A DNA stretch of 32,000 bases. Origin: Erysipelotrichaceae bacterium. Its GTDB lineage: Bacteria; Bacillota_I; Bacilli_A; Erysipelotrichales; Erysipelotrichaceae. Positions 7,630 to 16,459 of the stretch are shown here, one piece after another (within the stretch, counting starts at the first letter, position 1; every line of letters starts with the position of its first letter). The stretch is from contig OY760660.1 in the NCBI GenBank assembly GCA_963663995.1, positions 420,001-452,000 on the forward strand, given 5' to 3'. The notes beneath the pieces are model-generated. The model was not told where the DNA came from and made no database searches. It worked only from the letters and a program-made list of their open reading frames with translations. Position numbers and translations under genes: made by a program.

Positions 7630-8511
7630 GTGGAAAATTTAGGACGTATCATTAAGCAACGTCGAGAAGAACTCGGCTATACATTAAAAGCTATTAGCGA
7701 AAAAACGCGAGTACCTATTGTTAAACTTGAAGCCATTGAAAATGGTGATTTAAAGTATTTCGAAAACGATATGTCCTATGTTAAATTTTATGTCCGTTAT
7801 TACTGCAATGCACTTCATTTAAATTTTGATGATTATAAAGAAGAATTAGAAGCTGCATTGGAAAAATTTTCTAATACAACTAAGATGATGAAACAAATTG
7901 AGTTTGAAGAAATGAACTCACGTGTTAAAGAACGTAAAGTCAATAGATCAACAAGTCTTAAAAGAAAAAGTAAAATTGATTTTTCTTTCCTTTCATTTAT
8001 TTCAATCGTTGTTGTTTTAATTGCTGGATTAGCACTTGTATTTTTCTTTATGATATTACCTAACTTAAATAATACTGTTGATCCGATTATTACAGACGAT
8101 CAAAGAGATGTACCAGGTGAAATTGAAACACATGTTGATGAAGTGGATGAAACTCCTATTAATGAGGACCAAGTTATAAGTATTGAAAAAGTTGGTGTTA
8201 GTGATTATCAAATTAAAAATTTTACTGACAATCAAGAAATTCAATTTGAAATTGATTTTTTATACAATGCATATGTAAGTGTACAAATAGATGGTGTATA
8301 TAGCATGAATCCAGCGAGTCAACTCTTTAGTGCAGGTTCAACTTTAGATATGAAATTAAATGCAAGCAATGGACAAGTTGTTGAGTTCTTTGTTGGTTAT
8401 ATGGATGGCAGTATCATTAAATTAGATGGTATTGAACTAGAATTAGATGAGTCTATCGCAAATCGTCAAGGAAAAGTTAACTTTAGTTTTAGCTTTATGG
8501 GAGAAGAATAA
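7630..8511 (+). CDS. rodZ: RodZ-like cytoskeleton protein (XRE HTH + TM + C-terminal domain; YmfM-like)
   Basis: 293 aa. N-terminal HTH (LGRIIKQRREELGYTLKAISEKTRVPIVKLEAIENGD), a central TM (FISIVVVLIAGLALVFFFMIL) and an extracellular C-domain. Located upstream of pgsA-cinA-recA as in B. subtilis. GTG start assumed. Confidence 0.7.
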   Translation: MENLGRIIKQRREELGYTLKAISEKTRVPIVKLEAIENGDLKYFENDMSYVKFYVRYYCNALHLNFDDYKEELEAALEKFSNTTKMMKQIEFEEMNSRVKERKVNRSTSLKRKSKIDFSFLSFISIVVVLIAGLALVFFFMILPNLNNTVDPIITDDQRDVPGEIETHVDEVDETPINEDQVISIEKVGVSDYQIKNFTDNQEIQFEIDFLYNAYVSVQIDGVYSMNPASQLFSAGSTLDMKLNASNGQVVEFFVGYMDGSIIKLDGIELELDESIANRQGKVNFSFSFMGEE

Positions 8512-9104
8512 TGAATATACCTAATCGGATAACTTTATTTAGATTAATACTTGTCCCAATACTTGTCTTTTTTGCATTATTTCCATTTGCTCATTTTGGG
8601 ATTAGTTTTGGATATACAACTGTTGGATTTGTCAGTGTTCCAAATCTTAATTTCATTATGTTTGGCATATTTGTACTTGGAAGTTTAACTGACTTTCTTG
8701 ATGGCTATTTAGCTCGTAAGAATAATTTAGTCACAACTTTTGGGAAGTTCTTTGATCCTATTGCCGATAAACTACTAGTGAATACTTTATTTATCTTATT
8801 GGCTGTTCAAGGAGTAGTACCAGTTTTAGCAGTAATCATAATGATATGGCGCGATACCTTAGTTGAAGCAATTCGTATGTTAGCGGCTAAACACGGAGTT
8901 GTTGTTTCTGCACAATTCTTAGGTAAAGCCAAAACGGTAGCTCAAATGTTAACAATTTCGCTTTATTTAATTGGTAATTTACCTTTTGAACTCTATAACC
9001 TACCAATGTGTGATTTATTACTTTGGTTTACAGTGAGTTTATCTGTTCTTAGTGGAATTTCCTATTTTATGCAATCTAAAAATTTGATTTTAGAAAGTAT
9101 GTAA
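8511..9104 (+). CDS. pgsA: CDP-diacylglycerol--glycerol-3-phosphate 3-phosphatidyltransferase
   Basis: 197 aa. CDP-alcohol phosphatidyltransferase motif DGYLARKNNLVTTFGKFFDPIADK. Multi-TM protein. Confidence 0.9.
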   Translation: MNIPNRITLFRLILVPILVFFALFPFAHFGISFGYTTVGFVSVPNLNFIMFGIFVLGSLTDFLDGYLARKNNLVTTFGKFFDPIADKLLVNTLFILLAVQGVVPVLAVIIMIWRDTLVEAIRMLAAKHGVVVSAQFLGKAKTVAQMLTISLYLIGNLPFELYNLPMCDLLLWFTVSLSVLSGISYFMQSKNLILESM

Positions 9105-9559
9105 TGAAAGAATTAATCGAAATTTTAAAAGACAAAAACTTAAGTATTTCAAGTGTAGAGTCCTTTACTGGAGGACTTTTTGCTTCTACAATTACAAGTA
9201 TTCCAGGAGCATCAAAAGTATATCAGGGAAGTTTAATCACTTATGCGACTACTGTTAAGAAAGATATCCTAAAAATTGATCAAGTTATTAATGAATTTGG
9301 TGTTATTTCAAAAGAATGTGCCCAAGCAATGGCTCATCAAGGACTAGAAATTTTTGATACAAATTTATGTGTTAGTTTTACGGGTAATGCTGGACCAGAG
9401 GTAATGGAGAATAAAGTAGTTGGCTTAGCTTATATGGCCATTGCTTATGAAGAGAAAATCTTTGTTTATGAAGATCGTTATGATTTAGAACGCAATGAAC
9501 TTAGGCTTAAAGCAATTGATGATGCGATTAAACGTATCAAAGAAGTAATTTTAGGATAA
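9104..9559 (+). CDS. cinA: CinA C-terminal-domain protein (PncC-type nicotinamide-nucleotide amidohydrolase); no N-terminal MoCF-like domain
   Basis: 151 aa. Contains SVESFTGGL, YQGSLITYA and SFTGNAGP, typical of the CinA_C domain. Located immediately upstream of recA. Confidence 0.8.
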   Translation: MKELIEILKDKNLSISSVESFTGGLFASTITSIPGASKVYQGSLITYATTVKKDILKIDQVINEFGVISKECAQAMAHQGLEIFDTNLCVSFTGNAGPEVMENKVVGLAYMAIAYEEKIFVYEDRYDLERNELRLKAIDDAIKRIKEVILG

Positions 9560-9600
9560 GCATGATATGCTTCATATATTAATAAGTAGGAGAGTAACTT

Positions 9601-10617
9601 ATGGCAAAAAAAGAAGATTCAATGTTAGATGAAACATTAAAACAGATTGAAAAACAGTATGGTAAAGGTGCGATTATGCGCTTGGGTGATCGTGCGAATA
9701 CCGATGTTGATGCAATACCAAGTGGATCACTCGCCATTGATGCAGCTTTAGGGATAGGTGGTTATCCTAAAGGACGTATCATTGAAATTTATGGTCCTGA
9801 GTCATCAGGTAAAACAACTTTAGCACTCCATGCGATTGCTGAAGTTCAAAAGATGGGTGGTAAAGCGGCTTTTATCGATGCAGAAAATGCGATTGATCCA
9901 AAATATGCGCGTAATTTAGGTGTGCAAATTGATGATCTAATTCTGTCTCAACCAGATTCTGGTGAACAAGCATTAGAAATTACTGAATTATTGATAAAAT
10001 CAAATGCGATAGATTTAATTGTCGTTGACTCTGTTGCGGCATTAGTCCCACAAGCAGAACTTGATGGCGAAATGTCAGATGCTCATGTTGGTTTACAAGC
10101 CCGTTTAATGTCAAAAGCGATGCGAAAATTAGCAGGGGTGATGAATCGTTCAGAAACAACTGTCATTTTTATTAATCAATTACGTGAAAAGGTTGGCGTT
10201 ATGTTTGGGAATCCAGAAACAACATCTGGTGGTAGAGCTTTAAAATTCTATTCATCCATTCGTTTAGATGTTCGACGTTCTCAAGCCATTAAACAGGGTG
10301 CAGATGTGATTGGTAACCAAGTTAAAGTTAAAGTTGCTAAGAACAAAGTTGCTCCACCATTCAAAGTGGCTGATATTGAAATTATGTATGGGGAAGGAAT
10401 TTCTCATGAAGGTGAACTTGTTGAATTAGGTGTTACTTATGATGTTGTGAATAAAGCAGGATCTTGGTTCTCGTATAAAGGTGAAAAAATTGGACAAGGA
10501 AAAGAAGCTGTCAAAGCTTACTTAAAAGCTAATCCAGTGATTGCATCTGAAATTGAAAAAGAAATAAAAGCGAGTGCATTTGCAAGTAGCAGTGATGATG
10601 ATATTGAAGGAGCGTAA
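9601..10617 (+). CDS. recA: Recombinase RecA
   Basis: 338 aa. [15 protein letters not shown], Walker [10 protein letters not shown], and [19 protein letters not shown] lies upstream. Confidence 0.98.
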   Translation: MAKKEDSMLDETLKQIEKQYGKGAIMRLGDRANTDVDAIPSGSLAIDAALGIGGYPKGRIIEIYGPESSGKTTLALHAIAEVQKMGGKAAFIDAENAIDPKYARNLGVQIDDLILSQPDSGEQALEITELLIKSNAIDLIVVDSVAALVPQAELDGEMSDAHVGLQARLMSKAMRKLAGVMNRSETTVIFINQLREKVGVMFGNPETTSGGRALKFYSSIRLDVRRSQAIKQGADVIGNQVKVKVAKNKVAPPFKVADIEIMYGEGISHEGELVELGVTYDVVNKAGSWFSYKGEKIGQGKEAVKAYLKANPVIASEIEKEIKASAFASSSDDDIEGA

Positions 10618-10629
10618 AGCTCCTTTTAT
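10607..10629 (+). terminator. Weak terminator-like hairpin at the recA stop
   Basis: AAGGAGC-GTAAA-GCTCCTT followed by TTAT. Short stem and poor U-tract, so probably leaky. Confidence 0.35.
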
Positions 10630-10707
10630 GATTAAACTTGTGTGTATTTATGAAAACGGTTAAAATATGGTAAGAGTTAAATGAACTCTTAGCTAAGGAG
10701 AATACTT

Positions 10708-12258
10708 ATGAGAGAATTATATTTCCTCTTAGCTGGTTTAGTAGGCATCGTTTTGGGTGTTATCGCAATGATAGCAGTTTCAAAACTTGGATTATTACGT
10801 GCTCAACAGAAGTCAAAACTGGTCATCGATGAGGCGAATAGTAAAGCGGATAGTATTGTAAGACAAGCAACACTAGATGGTAAAACGCAAAGCTATGAGC
10901 TCAAGTTGGCAGCTGAAAAAGAAATTAAAGAATTAAGACAATCTCTACACGAATCAGAGATTAAATTGAATCGTCGTGAAGAATCGATTGGTTTTCGCGA
11001 TGAACAATCAAAACAAAAAGAAAAACAGTTAGACGATAAGAATAAGCAAGTAACATCAAAGCTTGAACAACTAGCAAAAATGGAAGATCAATTGAAAGTC
11101 AATATTGATGGTCAATTGAAGGAGCTAGAGCGCATTGCTTCTATCAGTGCGCAGGATGCTAAGAACGAGATTTTTGAAATAGTAAAATTACGTTCTCGTA
11201 ATGAAATTGAAGCTTATATTCGTGATCAGGAGGAAGAAGCTAAAGCAAAGGCTTCAGAATCAGCTCGCGAAATTATTGGTTTAGCGATTACTCGATACGC
11301 TCAAGAAGAAACACTTGAACGTACTGTTTCTGTCGTTAACTTACCAAATGAAGATATGAAAGGTCGTATTATTGGTCGTGAAGGTCGTAACATTCGTGCG
11401 ATTGAACAAGCCACAGGTGTTGATATCTTAATTGATGACACACCAGAAACGATTACACTTTCATGTTTCAACCCAATTCGTCGTGAAATTGCTCGTCAGA
11501 CTTTAGAAATTTTACTAAAGGACGGACGTATTCAACCAGGACGTATTGAAGAAGTCACAAAACGAGTTGAATCAGAACTTAATGATCAAATTCAAAAGTA
11601 TGGTGAAGATGCTATCTTTAAATTAGGTATTGGTAAGATGGACCGTGAAATTATTAAATTACTTGGTCGTATGCGTTTTAGATATTCTTATGGACAAAAT
11701 GCACTACAACATTCAATGGAAGTTGCATCACTTTGTGGCATGATGGCAGCTGAACTTGGTTTAAATCAAGGTTTAGCGAAACGTGTTGGTTTACTTCATG
11801 ACATTGGTAAAGCGTTAGACTTTGAAGTTGAAGGAAGTCATGTTGAATTAGGTGCACGTGTTTGTCGTAAACATGGTGAACACCCACATGTTATTAATGG
11901 AATTGAATCACATCATGGTGATGTTCCATTTGATAATGTTTATTCAATTCTTGCCCAAGCAGCTGATACATTAAGTGCAGCACGTCCTGGAGCACGTTTT
12001 GAAAACTTTGAAAATTATATTCAACGTTTAGAAAAACTTGAAGAAATTGCTAATAGCTTTGAAGGTGTCGATAAGACTTTTGCGATCCAAGCTGGTCGTG
12101 AAATTCGTGTTATGGTAACACCTGAAAAAGTTGATGATTTAGAAAGTCATAGAATTGCTCGTGAAATCCGCGATAAGATTGAAGCTGAAATGACCTATCC
12201 TGGTCAAATTAAAGTTACTGTTATCCGCGAAACACGTCATCAAGAAGTCGCAAAATAA
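10708..12258 (+). CDS. rny: Ribonuclease Y
   Basis: 516 aa. N-terminal TM, coiled coil, KH domain (GRIIGREGRNIRAIE) and HD domain (HSMEV...LLHDIGK). Confidence 0.95.
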   Translation: MRELYFLLAGLVGIVLGVIAMIAVSKLGLLRAQQKSKLVIDEANSKADSIVRQATLDGKTQSYELKLAAEKEIKELRQSLHESEIKLNRREESIGFRDEQSKQKEKQLDDKNKQVTSKLEQLAKMEDQLKVNIDGQLKELERIASISAQDAKNEIFEIVKLRSRNEIEAYIRDQEEEAKAKASESAREIIGLAITRYAQEETLERTVSVVNLPNEDMKGRIIGREGRNIRAIEQATGVDILIDDTPETITLSCFNPIRREIARQTLEILLKDGRIQPGRIEEVTKRVESELNDQIQKYGEDAIFKLGIGKMDREIIKLLGRMRFRYSYGQNALQHSMEVASLCGMMAAELGLNQGLAKRVGLLHDIGKALDFEVEGSHVELGARVCRKHGEHPHVINGIESHHGDVPFDNVYSILAQAADTLSAARPGARFENFENYIQRLEKLEEIANSFEGVDKTFAIQAGREIRVMVTPEKVDDLESHRIAREIRDKIEAEMTYPGQIKVTVIRETRHQEVAK

Positions 12259-13028
12259 TGAAAATATTATTTATCGGGGACATCGTCGGTAAATCTGGAA
12301 GAAAAGCTGTTGAAAAACAGCTTTCTTCTCTAGTTAAGACACATCAGATAGATTGTGTTTTAGCTAATGCTGAAAACGCAGCTCATGGAAAAGGAATTAC
12401 CGAGAAAATCTATAATGAATTACGCTCATATGGAATTGATTATATGAGTTTAGGTAACCATGCGTTTTCTAAAGATGTGATTAAAAATTTTATTGATAAA
12501 GCAGATTGTTTGATTAGACCTGCAAATATGTATCCTCTAGAATATGGTCAAGGTTTTTGTGATTTTAAACTAAAGGATATTGATTTTCGTTTTATTAATT
12601 TAAGTGGAACCGTATTTATGGAGAATGTGTCACAGAACCCATTTCTAGAAATGGAAAAATTAAAACCACATCCCAATGTTTGTACAATCGTTGATATCCA
12701 TGCAGAAGCGACGAGCGAAAAAGCAGCATTCTTTGAAATGTATAAAAAAGATTGTGTTCTAATTGTTGGGACTCATACGCATATTCAAACAGCTGATGAA
12801 ACAATTCGTGATGGCTGTGGATTTATTAGTGATGTCGGTATGACTGGTCCATATCACTCTATTATTGGCCGTGATACGCAAGAAGTTTTAAATCGTTTTA
12901 GAGGAATTATCTCTAAAGGATACACAGTTGCTGAAGGAGAAGCCATATTTTCTGCGATTGTTATTGAAATTGATGAAGCGACTAAAAGAGCAAGTCATAT
13001 TGAAAGAATTCAAATCAGACCAAATTAA
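12258..13028 (+). CDS. ymdB: YmdB-family metallophosphoesterase (2',3'-cyclic-nucleotide phosphodiesterase)
   Basis: 256 aa. MKILFIGDIVGKSGR...ANAENAAHGKGIT...SLGNH. Start overlaps the rny stop (TAATG), the conserved rny-ymdB pair. Confidence 0.88.
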   Translation: MKILFIGDIVGKSGRKAVEKQLSSLVKTHQIDCVLANAENAAHGKGITEKIYNELRSYGIDYMSLGNHAFSKDVIKNFIDKADCLIRPANMYPLEYGQGFCDFKLKDIDFRFINLSGTVFMENVSQNPFLEMEKLKPHPNVCTIVDIHAEATSEKAAFFEMYKKDCVLIVGTHTHIQTADETIRDGCGFISDVGMTGPYHSIIGRDTQEVLNRFRGIISKGYTVAEGEAIFSAIVIEIDEATKRASHIERIQIRPN

Positions 13029-13050
13029 AGATTGAATAAGACCTTTTTTT

Positions 13051-13059
13051 TGGTATAAT
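13051..13059 (+). promoter_or_regulatory. Extended -10 TGGTATAAT upstream of the ferredoxin gene
   Basis: TGGTATAAT at 13051-13059, then a leader carrying AAGGAGG (13074-13080) 7 nt before the ATG at 13088. Confidence 0.5.
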
Positions 13060-13087
13060 TATGTCGAAATAGTAAGGAGGATTTTTC

Positions 13088-13264
13088 ATGCCAGTATTTG
13101 TAACAAAAGATACCTGTATTGGATGTGGTGCTTGTGTTGGTGTATGTCCTACCGGTGCTCTATCACTAGATGCGGATGGCAAAGCTGAATGCGAAGAGTC
13201 AATCTGCATTGACTGTCTAGCATGTATCGGTGTTTGCCCAACATCAGCTATCGAACAAAAATAA
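13088..13264 (+). CDS. fer: 2x[4Fe-4S] ferredoxin, 58 aa (not in the supplied ORF track)
   Basis: My translation: MPVFVTKDTCIGCGACVGVCPTGALSLDADGKAECEESICIDCLACIGVCPTSAIEQK. It contains two canonical CxxCxxCxxxCP motifs, a strong RBS, and its own promoter and terminator. Confidence 0.88.
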   Translation: MPVFVTKDTCIGCGACVGVCPTGALSLDADGKAECEESICIDCLACIGVCPTSAIEQK

Positions 13265-13286
13265 CCAAGCACAGCTTGGTTTTTTT
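13263..13286 (+). terminator. Rho-independent terminator after the ferredoxin gene
   Basis: AACCAAGC-ACA-GCTTGGTT followed by a run of T. Confidence 0.7.
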
Positions 13287-13301
13287 GAGAAAAAATGAAC
13301 T

Positions 13302-14735
13302 ATGAAAATAAATAATTTAAGCATACCAAATTTAAAACAAGCTCAATTAAGATCACGTGATGAAACAATGATTCAACGTTCGATCTTTGAAATACCTGAA
13401 CATTTAAGAAACATTGGTCAAAATCGTTTCTATTACTTAAGAACTTATGGCTGTCAAGCAAATGAGAGAGATTCAGAAACTATTCGCGGCATGTGTGAGG
13501 CTTTAGGCTACTTACCAGTAGATGAAGCTGAAAACGCTGATTTAATCATTCATAATACTTGTGCGATTCGTGAGAATGCAGAGAATAAAGTATTTGGAGA
13601 ATTAGGTCACCTTAGAAAATTGAAATATGAAAATCCCGATTTAATTTTTGTTGTATGTGGTTGTATGGCTCAAGAAGAAGCAGTTGTCCAAAGAATTCTT
13701 AAAACCTATCCACATGTAGATGTTGTTTTTGGAACACATAATATTCATCGTTTCCCAAGTTTGCTTTATCAAGCTATCTTTAATAAAGAACGTGTCATAG
13801 AAGTCTATTCAAAAGAGGGGGAAGTTTACGAAAACTTACCTGTTCGTCGTGTTCAAAATACGAAAGCATGGGTCAATATTATGTATGGTTGTGATAAATT
13901 TTGCACCTATTGTATTGTTCCTTATACAAGAGGCAAAGAACGATCACGCCTTAAAGAAGATATTTTAGCTGAAATTGATACTTTAATTGAAGAAGGTTAT
14001 AAAGAAGTCACACTTCTTGGGCAAAATGTTAATGCTTATGGAAAAGATTTAGGCATTGATTATGATTTCGCAAAACTTTTAGAAGATGTTTCATTGAAAA
14101 ACATTGATCGAGTTCGTTTTATGACATCTCATCCTTGGGATTTTAGTGATGCGATGATTGATATCATGTCTAAAGATAACAACATTATGCCATTCCTACA
14201 TTTACCGCTTCAATCAGGAGATAGTGAAATCTTAAAAATCATGGGACGTCGTTATACTGTTGAAGATTATATGAATCTATATAAACGATTAAAAGCTAAG
14301 ATGCCAAATATTGCATTATCGACAGATATTATTGTTGGTTTTCCAAATGAAACGGAAGAACAATTTCAACGTACTTTAGATGTCGTAGATCATATTCACT
14401 ATGACAATGCTTATACATTTATCTATTCTCCACGTCCTGGCACACCAGCCGCTAAAATGGAAGATAATGTTCCTTTAGATGTTAAAAAAGAGAGACTTCA
14501 AAGATTAAATGAAAAAGTAAATAAATATGCTTTAGAGAATAGTAAAGAAATGATTGGTCAAACGATTAAAGTCTTAGTCGATGGACCTTCTAAAAAGAAT
14601 CCAAATATCTATTCTGGTTATACCGAAAATAACAAATTGGTCAATTTTACTGCGCAAAAAGATGTCACAGGACAAGTAATCAGTGTTAAAATAAAACAAG
14701 CAAATACCTGGACTTTAAAAGGCGAATCCTTGTAA
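13302..14735 (+). CDS. miaB: tRNA-i6A37 methylthiotransferase MiaB
   Basis: 477 aa. N-terminal UPF0004 cluster region (TYGCQANERDSE), radical-SAM CDKFCTYC (Cx3Cx2C) and a C-terminal TRAM domain. Confidence 0.92.
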   Translation: MKINNLSIPNLKQAQLRSRDETMIQRSIFEIPEHLRNIGQNRFYYLRTYGCQANERDSETIRGMCEALGYLPVDEAENADLIIHNTCAIRENAENKVFGELGHLRKLKYENPDLIFVVCGCMAQEEAVVQRILKTYPHVDVVFGTHNIHRFPSLLYQAIFNKERVIEVYSKEGEVYENLPVRRVQNTKAWVNIMYGCDKFCTYCIVPYTRGKERSRLKEDILAEIDTLIEEGYKEVTLLGQNVNAYGKDLGIDYDFAKLLEDVSLKNIDRVRFMTSHPWDFSDAMIDIMSKDNNIMPFLHLPLQSGDSEILKIMGRRYTVEDYMNLYKRLKAKMPNIALSTDIIVGFPNETEEQFQRTLDVVDHIHYDNAYTFIYSPRPGTPAAKMEDNVPLDVKKERLQRLNEKVNKYALENSKEMIGQTIKVLVDGPSKKNPNIYSGYTENNKLVNFTAQKDVTGQVISVKIKQANTWTLKGESL

Positions 14736-14788
14736 AGTAATTAGGCAATCTATAATAAATACTTATTTTTTAAGTTTAGGAGAAAACT

Positions 14789-16453
14789 ATGAATCAAATC
14801 CGCATGTATGCATTAGGCGGTTTGGATGAAGACGGAAAGAATCTTACAGTCGTCGAAATCAACCAAGACATTTTTATATTGGATGTTGGCCTAAAATACC
14901 CAGAAGGACAACGACATTTAGGGGTTGAAATTATCATCCCTGATTTTAAGTCGCTTGTCGAAAAGAAAGATCAAATCAAAGCTATATTTATTACCCATGG
15001 GCACGATGATGCGATGGGGGCTTTACCTTATCTTTTAAAACATGTAAAAGCACCTGTTTATGCGACTGCTTTTACAGCTTCCTTAATTGAAATATTATTA
15101 AAGGAACACAATATTAAAGAATATACTTTGAAAATTGTTAAACGTTTTGATCAATTTAGCATTGGTCAAACTCAAATTAAAACCTTTGGGATCACCCACT
15201 CTATTGCTGATGCAATGGGGGTTGCGATTGATACCGAAGATGGTTATATCGTATATGCTGCTGAATATATCATCGATTTTGACCAAAAACATGAAGCTTT
15301 TTCATGTGATTTAACACAATTTGCTGAAATAGGTAAAAAGGGTGTATTCGCTTTATTAACTGAATCAGTTGGAGCGGATCGATCAGGCTATACGGCTCCA
15401 AGTCATCGTATTTCAGATTATTTAGAGAATACATTAGAAAATGCTAAAGGTCGTGTCATCTTAACGATGTATGAACAAAACTTATATCGTTTAAGTGAAG
15501 TTTTAGAACTTGCACGTCGTTTCAAACGTAAAGTAGTTTTCTATAATGAACATCAACGTAATTTGCTAAGACAAGCTGAAAAACTAGGCTATTATAAGAT
15601 GCCTTTAGAATTAGAATTACCTTTATCTCGTTTTAAAAATGAAAGTGATGATGTATTAGTCATTGTTTCTGGTAATGGTATCGCAACTTTCCAAACACTA
15701 TTAAAGATCGCTATTAGTGAAGATGAAAGATTAAGTCTTAGACCTAGTGATACGGTATTCATCGCATCACCAGTTGTTCCAGGTACTGAAAAAGATGCTG
15801 CTTCAATGGAGAATGAACTTTATAAGGAAGATGTAAATGTCATCACTTTAGATAAGAAAAAAGTATTTTCAATGCATGCAGCTACAGAAGATATTAAGAT
15901 GATGCTTTATTTAATGAAACCAAAATATTTTGTACCTATCCATGGTGAATATCGTCATTTAATCGCCAATGCAAATATTGCCTTAGATATGGGATATTAT
16001 GCTGATAAAATTGTTGTCTTAGATAATGGTGAAATAGCAACTTTTGAAAATGGGAAACGTACAAATGCACTCAATCGCATTGAACTAGAAACTGTTTTAA
16101 TCGATGGTAACGAAAAACTTGATTTCTCTGGTTTAGTCTTAAGAGATCGTGAAATGTTATCAACCGACGGGGTTATTGTCGTTGGTTTGAGTATTGATTT
16201 CAAAACAAAAGAAGTCCTTGGTGGACCTGATGTTCAATCACGTGGTGTCATCTATTTAAAAGATGCAGATCACATTGTTAAAGAAATTGCAGCGATACTT
16301 GAAAGAACAGTCGCTGATTTAGTGAAAGCTAAAAAATATGATAATCAAGGTGCGCGTAATGATGCCCGTGATCAAATGAGTAAGTATATCTTTAAAGAAA
16401 CGGGTAAACGACCTATGATTTTACCTGTTATTATAGAATTGAATTTAAATTAA
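14789..16453 (+). CDS. rnjB: Ribonuclease J family protein, RNase J2-like (degenerate metal-binding motifs)
   Basis: 554 aa, collinear with RNase J (beta-lactamase + beta-CASP + C-terminal domain; PIHGEYRH, RPMILPVIIEL). Motif II reads HGHDDA instead of HxHxDH. Sits upstream of ftsK/spoIIIE, where B. subtilis has rnjB (ymfA). The gene symbol is inferred from synteny plus motif only. Confidence 0.8.
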   Translation: MNQIRMYALGGLDEDGKNLTVVEINQDIFILDVGLKYPEGQRHLGVEIIIPDFKSLVEKKDQIKAIFITHGHDDAMGALPYLLKHVKAPVYATAFTASLIEILLKEHNIKEYTLKIVKRFDQFSIGQTQIKTFGITHSIADAMGVAIDTEDGYIVYAAEYIIDFDQKHEAFSCDLTQFAEIGKKGVFALLTESVGADRSGYTAPSHRISDYLENTLENAKGRVILTMYEQNLYRLSEVLELARRFKRKVVFYNEHQRNLLRQAEKLGYYKMPLELELPLSRFKNESDDVLVIVSGNGIATFQTLLKIAISEDERLSLRPSDTVFIASPVVPGTEKDAASMENELYKEDVNVITLDKKKVFSMHAATEDIKMMLYLMKPKYFVPIHGEYRHLIANANIALDMGYYADKIVVLDNGEIATFENGKRTNALNRIELETVLIDGNEKLDFSGLVLRDREMLSTDGVIVVGLSIDFKTKEVLGGPDVQSRGVIYLKDADHIVKEIAAILERTVADLVKAKKYDNQGARNDARDQMSKYIFKETGKRPMILPVIIELNLN

Positions 16454-16459
16454 CAAGTT

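Noticed and set aside
9480-9600. LexA/DinR (Cheo) box GAAC-N4-GTTC upstream of recA
   Set aside because: I found only GAACGCAATGAAC, two direct GAAC half-sites rather than a palindrome. No GAAC-N4-GTTC lies in the 120 nt upstream of recA or near the rodZ promoter. Absence elsewhere cannot be proven by eye.
11678-12804. Minus-strand ORFs 11678-11887 (inside rny) and 12616-12804 (inside ymdB)
   Set aside because: Antisense shadows of conserved genes. No RBS and no motifs.
13015-13272. 85-aa minus-strand ORF listed in the track
   Set aside because: It is the antisense shadow of the + strand ferredoxin gene, which has an RBS, promoter, terminator and two CxxCxxCxxxCP motifs. The minus-strand ORF has no RBS and a low-complexity, implausible sequence.
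15098-16203. Minus-strand ORFs 15098-15292 and 15997-16203 inside the RNase J gene
   Set aside because: Antisense shadows with no independent support.
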